From NCBI GenBank assembly GCA_004282745.1, contig SHMT01000009.1, forward strand, positions 39,039-63,038: DNA of 24,000 nt. Reading direction: 5' to 3'. Shown here piece by piece: positions 7,563 through 14,213 of the stretch. The position numbers and the translations under genes are program-made. Source of the stretch: Candidatus Scalindua sp. SCAELEC01 (GTDB taxonomy: Bacteria; Planctomycetota; Brocadiia; Brocadiales; Scalinduaceae). Below the pieces are notes generated by a model. The model ran no database searches, was not told the DNA's origin, and worked only from the letters and a program-made list of their open reading frames with translations. Every line of letters begins with the position of its first letter. Positions within the stretch are counted from its first letter, which is position 1.

Positions 7563-9188
7563 TTATTGAGCTAATTTAATACTTGGCTTCCATTTCAGCC
7601 AGCGTTCACTCACCTTGGTATGAAAGGGAAAAACAGTGTTCTCACTGGCTTGCTCCTCCATATCTTCATTGTCCGGCGTGGCAAAGGCAACACCTCCACT
7701 CATAATGGATTCAAGCGATTCCGTCTGTATTTCAAGTCCACTGAACAGTCCAAAATCAACCCCGATCCCGCTGGTATTCCAGAAGACCGAATTTTTTCTT
7801 ACCAATGGTGTATAACGTTTTTGAATATTTACATATAACAGAACATGGTCGGCGGTGTCAGCAAGTTCATAGCTGGTGACTTCACCCACCACAATCTCAC
7901 GGTAATAAACCTTGTCACTTACCTTGATGGAACCCAGCCGACTGGCATTAAGGACAATATTCAATCCCGACCCGGTTGGTGTCTCAGTTGGTTTCTCAAC
8001 GGGAGATTTCCGCTGCCCCACAAACTCATATTTGTGTTTACCTTCTTTCTTCGCCGGCATGACAGCGATATAATTACCCGTAATCATTGTCCCCAGGTGT
8101 GAAACTTTGGAAAGGCCGAATTCGGGTTTTACTACCCAGAACCGAGTTCCCTCCTTTGCAAGGGCGACGGCATTGCTATCCAGATGTGCGGATAAAAACA
8201 CTTTTTCTAATGATTGGCCAAAAGTAACCTTATCCACTTTGCCAACGGTTATCCCATGGTACTTAATCTCAGTATTTTCACTCAGCCCCTCAGCGCTGTC
8301 AAACGTAATTTTTATCTTCACCCCCGTCTCATGGGCACTTTCGTAATCGTCATAAAGGGTAAATGTGTGGCCGTTTTGAACTACCGGTGCCTTGAATTCA
8401 TCTTCGGGTGTATAGAAAGCCAACCCTCCGCTAAGGATTGTTTCTAAGGATTCTGTTCGGATCTTCCACCCTGACAATCCGCCGCTGAAACTGATACCGC
8501 CAGCATTCCAGAAACGGGTTTTTTCATTCACCATATGACTGAATTGAGGGTATATAAATATTTTAGTTTGAACTTCCTTCTTATCCTCGGAAAGTTTGTA
8601 ACTCTGCACATCACCCACCTTTATTTTTTTATAGTGCACCGGGCTGCCACGTCCGACCGACATGTTTTTAGAAACCATGGTCAAATGCAACCCGGGCTCA
8701 TCTTCTGATAATGTTGGCGGTTCGGCGAGAGCCTTGAAACTCAGGGCCGGTTTCTCATCCCAATCATTAACGCGCATAGCGATATGGTTTCCCTTCAACA
8801 CGGTACCCAGCCCTGAAACCCCCTTCAGGGACATTCGGGGTTTAACAAGCCAGAATTCTGTATTACTCGAAAGTGCCGGTTCCGCCTGCCTATCAAAATC
8901 AACAGTAACATCAACGGTCTTGAGATCAGGATTCATGTGTAAGGATTTGACAACACCCGCATTGAGGCCTTTGTAGATCACTTTGGTTTTACCGGCTGTT
9001 ATTCCCTCTCCTGTATCAAAATTAATAACAACCTCTATCGGCGCCTCCGCGATACCTTTATATAAAAGCCAGCCTCCGATCAGGGCCGCAACAATGGGAA
9101 GTATCCAGACAGGAGAAATGCCCTTTTTACGCTTAACAACTGCTTGTTCTAAAGGTGCTGTTTCTTCTTTTGATTTTTCGTCAGTCAT
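7563..9188 (-). CDS. pqiB: PqiB-like MCE-domain intermembrane transport protein (four MCE-type repeats)
   Basis: N-terminal TM helix (ISPVWILPIVAALIGGWLLY). Four spaced MCE-type segments: AGKTKVIYKGLNAGVV, GRGSPVHYKKIKVGDV, ENTEIKYHGITVGKV, VSDKVYYREIVVGEV. Each is followed by an FW(L/V)VKP... or FWN..GI...TESLE.I.SGG.AF.TP block. Strong SD (AAGGAGG) 7 nt upstream of the ATG. Confidence 0.88.
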   Translation of the reverse strand: MTDEKSKEETAPLEQAVVKRKKGISPVWILPIVAALIGGWLLYKGIAEAPIEVVINFDTGEGITAGKTKVIYKGLNAGVVKSLHMNPDLKTVDVTVDFDRQAEPALSSNTEFWLVKPRMSLKGVSGLGTVLKGNHIAMRVNDWDEKPALSFKALAEPPTLSEDEPGLHLTMVSKNMSVGRGSPVHYKKIKVGDVQSYKLSEDKKEVQTKIFIYPQFSHMVNEKTRFWNAGGISFSGGLSGWKIRTESLETILSGGLAFYTPEDEFKAPVVQNGHTFTLYDDYESAHETGVKIKITFDSAEGLSENTEIKYHGITVGKVDKVTFGQSLEKVFLSAHLDSNAVALAKEGTRFWVVKPEFGLSKVSHLGTMITGNYIAVMPAKKEGKHKYEFVGQRKSPVEKPTETPTGSGLNIVLNASRLGSIKVSDKVYYREIVVGEVTSYELADTADHVLLYVNIQKRYTPLVRKNSVFWNTSGIGVDFGLFSGLEIQTESLESIMSGGVAFATPDNEDMEEQASENTVFPFHTKVSERWLKWKPSIKLAQ

Positions 9189-9334
9189 TTTTCCGCCTCC
9201 TTATATTTTGATGCTGATAGCAAACAAAGATGGCAAAACTTTTTTCTATTCTGTAATTGGACTTTTATCCGTAATCTTTTAATTAAAAATCCCAAATCGT
9301 AAATCATAATTCTTAATTTGTTGCCAAAATTGAT

Positions 9335-9361
9335 GATAATTTTTTTTCCTGATCCCTAAGC
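9335..9361 (-). repeat. Solo MITE terminal repeat in the pqiA-pqiB spacer
   Basis: GATAATTTTTTTTCCTGATCCC followed by TAA. Compare the copy-A right end AAGTTATTTTTTCCTGGACCC followed by TAA. Confidence 0.55.
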
Positions 9362-9402
9362 TTTATCGTCCGTATTTCGACTTTCAAATTCAGATTGGGC
9401 CT

Positions 9403-10641
9403 TCACTCGTCCCATATTAGCCGTGGATCAAAGCATACAGCCGCCAGCATGGTCATGACCACAGCCGCACAAAAAAATGTTCCTGCAAGCCCACCCGTAA
9501 TTTCCGCTAATGAACCCAGATTTACCAGGGTAACAAGAATAGAAATGACAAATATATCCAGCATGGACCAGCGTCCAATCGCCTCTATGGCCCTATACAT
9601 TATTGTACGTTGCCGACGACGTAAGTTCCACTTAAACTGCACCGACAACAACAGCCAGATCAGGCCTGCTATTTTGAGAAAAGGAACAGCTATACTGGCA
9701 ATAAAGACAACCAGCGCAATGGGTATCATGTGTTCTTTCACCAGCAGGAGCACACCAGCAATTATTGTGGATGGTTCACCCTGTCCCCTATAGACCAGAG
9801 TCATAATCGGATACATATTGGCCGGTATTAAGCAAATTAAGGCCGTTATGACCAACGCCCAGGTTTTAGTGAGACTGCCAGGTCGTCGTTTGTGTACATT
9901 TGCCCCGCAGCGTGGGCATATCAATTTCTGGTGTTCTTTAATTTCGGGGTATCTCAGCAACTTGTGGCAATCGTGACAGGATATCAGTCCGGCCGATTTG
10001 GAGGTAAGCTGCGCTTTTCTCCCGCTTATCTTTTCAATGTGCTTCCAGACCTGTTCTTTATCCAGCGTTAATGTCGCCAGTGTGTCAGTCAAAAGCAGAC
10101 CGACAAAGCAAAACAACCCGATCCCCATATGAAGATCTGCAAGATCGACGAGCTTGGTAACAGATATCAGGACCCCAATCATGTATACTTCCAGCATTCC
10201 CCAGGGACCCAGATACCCATAAAACCTGAAAAGTGACGGCAACCATTTCGTATAAATATTGAGTTTTACCTGAAGGAGCACTATCAGCAGAATAATTAAT
10301 TTAGCAACAGGCGCCAGTATGCTGGCGAAGAGAACCACAAAAGCTACCCAGTAAAAACCATCCTGGTACATACCGACAACCCCTCCAATCAACGTGTTAA
10401 ACGACGTATTCCCTAAAATGGTCATATTCAGGATTGGGAAAAAAATGGCCGGCCATAGCAGAATCAGACCGACGATCACCAGTGCCAGTGTCCTGTTAAG
10501 CGTGTTGACCCTTGGTTCATATATGGGAGTGCTGCACCGCGGGCACAGGGCCTTATTCCCGGGCAAGACATACGGTTTCTCAATAAGCAGGTCGCACGCG
10601 TGACAGGCTGTCAGACGTGATATATCAAAATGTGTTACCAT
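9403..10641 (-). CDS. pqiA: PqiA-like integral membrane protein (two PqiA repeats with zinc-ribbon motifs)
   Basis: Two CxxC...CxxC motifs (CHACDLLIEKPYVLPGNKALCPRC and CHDCHKLLRYPEIKEHQKLICPRC), each followed by multiple TM helices. The ORF track extends to 10854. I prefer ATG 10641 (MVTHFDISRLTACHAC...) because the extra 71 residues lack any PqiA-like character. The start remains uncertain. Confidence 0.85.
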   Translation of the reverse strand: MVTHFDISRLTACHACDLLIEKPYVLPGNKALCPRCSTPIYEPRVNTLNRTLALVIVGLILLWPAIFFPILNMTILGNTSFNTLIGGVVGMYQDGFYWVAFVVLFASILAPVAKLIILLIVLLQVKLNIYTKWLPSLFRFYGYLGPWGMLEVYMIGVLISVTKLVDLADLHMGIGLFCFVGLLLTDTLATLTLDKEQVWKHIEKISGRKAQLTSKSAGLISCHDCHKLLRYPEIKEHQKLICPRCGANVHKRRPGSLTKTWALVITALICLIPANMYPIMTLVYRGQGEPSTIIAGVLLLVKEHMIPIALVVFIASIAVPFLKIAGLIWLLLSVQFKWNLRRRQRTIMYRAIEAIGRWSMLDIFVISILVTLVNLGSLAEITGGLAGTFFCAAVVMTMLAAVCFDPRLIWDE

Positions 10642-10862
10642 TTTTGTTTTATTGAATAAAATCCTTTTATTTTTCAAAAAAGAGGTTCGGGAATTAATCC
10701 ACCTTATTTCAAAGTATGGAAGTGTGGCCAGCGCAAGCCAGAATCTGATCGATGAGATCGTGTGGCCACACTTCTGGTCTTCGCAAATTGTGCTCCTTGC
10801 AGCATTACTTCTTTTTAGTTCATCAGTAGAACTGATTCGTGAAATTGGCGCCATAAACCAGC

Positions 10863-11183
10863 TTATTCAATCCCGCATTCCCGCTTAATCTGAGCAATTT
10901 TTTCGTCTATCTTTTTATTGTAAACGCCACTACCTACTTCGAGTTTTTCTTTTTCCGTCAATGTGAGGATACCCAAGACAGCACCAATTGGCGTAATGGC
11001 AGTCACGCCACTTGCCGCTTGCTTTGCTACGCTGGCCTTTTCATGTTCTAAGACTCTTATATCTCTTTCTGCCGTAACACAATTAACAGGCTTCGCAAGA
11101 TCCTCCTCTGCCTGCCGAGTTATGGGGCCGGAACATGCTGCTACAAGAATGGTTATGCAAATTATTGGTATATATCTATACAT
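10863..11183 (-). CDS. Small putative lipoprotein, unknown function
   Basis: Signal peptide with lipobox (ICITILVAAC-SG). The SD AGGAGG is better spaced for the ATG at 11183 (MYRYIPI...) than for 11189. No family recognised. It is not PqiC-sized. Confidence 0.6.
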   Translation of the reverse strand: MYRYIPIICITILVAACSGPITRQAEEDLAKPVNCVTAERDIRVLEHEKASVAKQAASGVTAITPIGAVLGILTLTEKEKLEVGSGVYNKKIDEKIAQIKRECGIE

Positions 11184-11755
11184 TTCCATTTCCTCCTTAG
11201 TATGATAGTTTCAAAAATAATATTAGTTCCCGGGGTGGTCAACCGATACAACCCTATATTTCTCCTTTCTTTTCTTAAAAAAACAACATAGCGGAAAATT
11301 ATCAGACGTTAACAACTTTTTATAGCTAAATAATGACTTCATAATAGCTTTCCATTATTGCAAAGTAAATTAAAAATCCTCTTAATCTGAAATCGAGCCA
11401 ACCACTTTACATAATAAAATTCATTATGCATGTTTAAAGAAATAACAGACATGGTTTACCTGATTTTCATCAGAATAGATCTTGACTAATTCTGTTTTAA
11501 ACCAGCACTTTCTGTCGCCTTCCACCCAACCTGTTCGAGCCAAAACAATAAGGAAGACAAATTATATGGTATGCAATTCCTGCTTTAGGGACATAATCCC
11601 TAAAAGGCACAAACTTCAGCCTGGACTGTTACGCTTATCCGCTTCGCTTATTTCCCGGCCTCGGATTACGAGCTTGCGGTCCTCGGTTGACTTACCCATA
11701 AAGTTCTCCTATACTCTAACGGTAAGAGTTTAACCGAATGGATAAATCGGCGTAA

Positions 11756-11863
11756 GAAAAATATGTCGCTGTAGTGCTAATCGTATGTTCTTTGCTTGAT
11801 ACTGGATTAAGGGTTGCCGAGTTCTCCAATTTTAAAAGAGACAACATCGATTGGCAAGTGCTA
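11756..11863 (+). pseudogene. Tyrosine recombinase/integrase fragment (box I region only)
   Basis: EKYVAVVLIVCSLLDTGLRVAEFSNFKRDNIDWQ matches the integrase pattern around the first catalytic Arg (LL..TGLR..E...L...DID). A stop lies immediately upstream at 11753, and integrase similarity is lost downstream. Confidence 0.5.
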
Positions 11864-11935
11864 GCGAGGAATTTTGATGAAAACTCTAAAAGAGGCGCTT
11901 TTCTAGAGTCCTTTGGGAACATACCAATGAGTACT

Positions 11936-12085
11936 AATGGAAATCCGGCCTATTCATTTGATACTGGTCTTACTTATCAGCCTCGCAACAATCTTCAATT
12001 TGACACAAGTGCTGGAGTTGGATTTTCAGATAATGCTGATGATTGGTTTGTCGGTGCTGGGATTAACTTCACCTTCCCTTTTTAG
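11936..12085 (+). pseudogene. C-terminal fragment of an outer-membrane beta-barrel protein (MetA-pathway/transporter-like)
   Basis: NPAYSFDTGLTYQPRNNLQFDTSAGVGFSDNADDWFVGAGINFTFPF-stop shows alternating beta-strand periodicity and a terminal aromatic residue (F), typical of OMP C-termini. Only ~50 residues remain, fused in frame to the integrase fragment. Confidence 0.45.
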
Positions 12086-12090
12086 TCTAC

Positions 12091-12119
12091 TAAGGGCCCA
12101 GGAAAGAATAATGAGTTGT
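12091..12119 (+). repeat. Solo MITE terminal repeat
   Basis: TAA followed by GGGCCCAGGAAAGAATAATGAGTTGT. Compare TTA followed by GGGTCCAGGAAAGAATAACTTT at 16314. Confidence 0.5.
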
Positions 12120-12373
12120 CCATTACCTATCCAGACATTTTTTCTCAGGTAAATATAAATCTAGACCTTATTCGGCCAGGTGGAATAATTACCAAACGAG
12201 CCACTACCAATCTCTCACAACAACGCAAAATAAGACACAGGTATCAATCCAAATTGTTCCCACTACCAGAAAAAGAGTGGACATCTCTCAGAAAAGAGGG
12301 AAAATAGAGATTAAAAATTCTTTTTAACGGTTCACGAACCGTTAGAAACATTTATGAGAGAAAGGGGTTGTGT

Positions 12374-13156
12374 ATGAGTGCAGGTGATAACAAATCAGCA
12401 AAGAGTCAGGCCATCAAGGAAAGATTTGTAGAGAGGGAGGTCTTTGGATCTATCAGTTCCGTCATGGAGAGGATCTTTAAGGATGAAAAGAAAGAGCTCT
12501 CGATAGAACGTGATGTCCTGGGATTCATATCGTTGTTAATGGAAAACCTCATTAAAAGCGGCCGGAAGGATAGAGCTGCAGAGAGAGAAATCCTGGAACG
12601 CACCCGAGCATTAATAGAGTCAATTAAGAGTAACGAGAGCTGTGAGATTGTAGGGGAGGTTGAGAATCTCTATAAATACAAGATCAAAATTCCGGACCTA
12701 CACAACCTGAAGATTGATGAAAAGATCCGCTCTTCCAAAGAGGTTGTCTTAAAAACAGGACGCGAAAAGGCAATGAAAGAGATAAAGGAAAAAATAGGGG
12801 AATTAAAGGGTGAAGAGAATTTCAGCACACTCATGCTGGCAGATGAAGAGATCTCTGAGGAGACAAACAAGAAGAACCGGGATCATATCGATGAGAGGAT
12901 TGAGGAACTGCAAAATTATCTGAGCGATATTGAGAAGGGTAAAGGCAAACAACAAAAAATTTCAGAGTGGCTCCATGTCTCAAATCTGCTGCACGATAAC
13001 CTGCAGAAAAAGGGTGAACCGGTATGGAATGACGGCCAGGTATACGTCTGGGGTCGGTGCTCAACAGAAAAGGCAGTGACCTCGGAAGAGGTAATTTCTG
13101 ACATCTGCAGCGACATGAAAATCCTCGAAGGACAGGAGAACGAATGGAGGATATAA
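12374..13156 (+). CDS. Hypothetical charged protein with N-terminal ~24-aa repeats, probably coiled coil
   Basis: The ORF track starts at TTG 12368; ATG 12374 is preceded by AAAGGGG. Three related repeats: EREVFGSISSVMERIFK, ERDVLGFISLLMENLIK, EREILERTRALIESIK. A long K/E-rich middle follows. The C-terminal part is Cys/Trp-containing (WNDGQVYVWGRCSTEKA...). No family recognised. Confidence 0.6.
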   Translation: MSAGDNKSAKSQAIKERFVEREVFGSISSVMERIFKDEKKELSIERDVLGFISLLMENLIKSGRKDRAAEREILERTRALIESIKSNESCEIVGEVENLYKYKIKIPDLHNLKIDEKIRSSKEVVLKTGREKAMKEIKEKIGELKGEENFSTLMLADEEISEETNKKNRDHIDERIEELQNYLSDIEKGKGKQQKISEWLHVSNLLHDNLQKKGEPVWNDGQVYVWGRCSTEKAVTSEEVISDICSDMKILEGQENEWRI

Positions 13157-13338
13157 TCTAGGGGGGTGAATTTCCCTTGATTGTACAGGTTCGTCCCCCT
13201 GTTGCATAAATAGGAGTGACGATACTCTTTAATCGGATGGGAATTACCAACCACTCCGTTTTTGGTCGGCTACGGGCTTTCTGTAGGTACACCTCACTAC
13301 GCTCTTATAAAAAAAATCAACAACTAGCATTCAAGACA

Positions 13339-13926
13339 ATGGAAAAGAACACGATACCAAAATCAGCATTCAACACTTTCTTTGAACAGCATAATGCTTT
13401 TCAATCATGCGGTTTCAGTGAGTGGGTCTTCTCTCCCGGAATGTTGTACCGAGACCGTAATTCGTGGTGGAAATCGGGTGCTATCCGCCCTGTGCCCCAT
13501 GAAGGCATCGACCTCTATCTCTTTAGGGACAAAACCGGTCAAATTTGTCGCCTTAACGGGTATACAATGATCCCCGTCATGTATGACGGCCTACTAATGC
13601 ACATTCATGATGATTTCCTGGGTAAATCGCTATACGTAAAACACCATATCAGTATTAAAGGGCAGACACTTCATACCATATATGGGCATGTAGTTCCTGA
13701 AAAATCCAGTGAATTAGGAGACACTGCACGAGAGGGAGAAATTATCGCAACAGTAGCTTCCCCATCGAAAAAGAGTGCGGTACCTCCCCATGTACATATC
13801 ACCATGGCATGGCTTCCTGACACCCTTTCGTGTAAAGAGTTGAACTGGGAGACAATCGGTAATCATGACCACATTACGCTCTGTAATCCGCTGGATTTCA
13901 TAGACACCTACTCTTTTGCCTCTTAG
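13339..13926 (+). CDS. M23 (LytM/lysostaphin-type) metallopeptidase family protein, no recognisable signal peptide
   Basis: HxxxD motif (PHEGIDLY), conserved His in TIYGHV, and HxH motif (PPHVHITMAW). The ORF track starts at GTG 13216, directly abutting TAGGAG. I prefer ATG 13339 (MEKNTIPKSAF...). Neither start gives a hydrophobic leader. Confidence 0.75.
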   Translation: MEKNTIPKSAFNTFFEQHNAFQSCGFSEWVFSPGMLYRDRNSWWKSGAIRPVPHEGIDLYLFRDKTGQICRLNGYTMIPVMYDGLLMHIHDDFLGKSLYVKHHISIKGQTLHTIYGHVVPEKSSELGDTAREGEIIATVASPSKKSAVPPHVHITMAWLPDTLSCKELNWETIGNHDHITLCNPLDFIDTYSFAS

Positions 13927-14002
13927 GAAGGCAGGGAAATCAGGAAAAAACATTAAAAACAGATAATTTGCCTTTCCCATTCTTTCCTGTAATTCCTGAA
14001 TT

Positions 14003-14030
14003 CCTTAGAGGCCCTGTTTTACCTCTAAGG
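14003..14030. terminator. 9-bp perfect hairpin in the convergent intergenic region (candidate terminator)
   Basis: CCTTAGAGG (14003-14011), 10 nt, CCTCTAAGG (14022-14030). It lies between the convergent M23 and cooS genes. No clean U-run on either side. Confidence 0.35.
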
Positions 14031-14073
14031 AAAAAGATTTCATAACTATCTGGTTATTACTATACTCCAAAAT

Positions 14074-14091
14074 CCCCTCTAGAAAGAGGGG
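14074..14091 (-). terminator. Candidate rho-independent terminator downstream of cooS
   Basis: CCCCTCT, AGAA, AGAGGGG. Read on the minus strand, the GC-rich stem is followed by ATTTTGGAGT. Confidence 0.4.
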
Positions 14092-14213
14092 TGTCTACGA
14101 TAGCAGACGGGGTGTGTAATACAAGTTGCAAATTTCCAATGAAATGTAATCATAAAAATCGTATCTCCCAAATCGTAATTCGTAAATCTAAAATCTAAAA
14201 TCGGTTTGTCCGA

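Noticed and set aside
7620-9793. Multiple 70-130-aa plus-strand ORFs within pqiB and pqiA
   Set aside because: They are antisense shadow ORFs of two well-supported minus-strand genes, with no independent motifs or RBS.
10642-10854. 71-aa N-terminal extension of PqiA given by the ORF track
   Set aside because: The extension has no PqiA-like features. The internal ATG at 10641 begins right before the first zinc-ribbon motif. It is kept only as an alternative start.
11560-11720. Possible structured RNA or tRNA fragment (GGCCTCGGATTACGAGCTTGCGGTCCTCGGTTGAC) next to the integrase fragment
   Set aside because: The CCTCGG units are direct repeats, not inverted. I could build no cloverleaf, T-loop (GTTCRANNC) or group II domain V-like helix.
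11482-12307. Short ORFs 11482-11733 (+), 11716-11922 (-), 11937-12152 (+) and 12116-12307 (+)
   Set aside because: They are mutually overlapping frames in the decayed region, with no motifs. One runs through a solo MITE end. The region is better described as pseudogene debris.
9290-14188. Genomic island bounded by the two related 23-mers acting as att-like direct repeats
   Set aside because: Those boundaries would separate pqiA from pqiB, which function together. The repeats are short and AT-rich, and they are more simply explained as members of a dispersed repeat.
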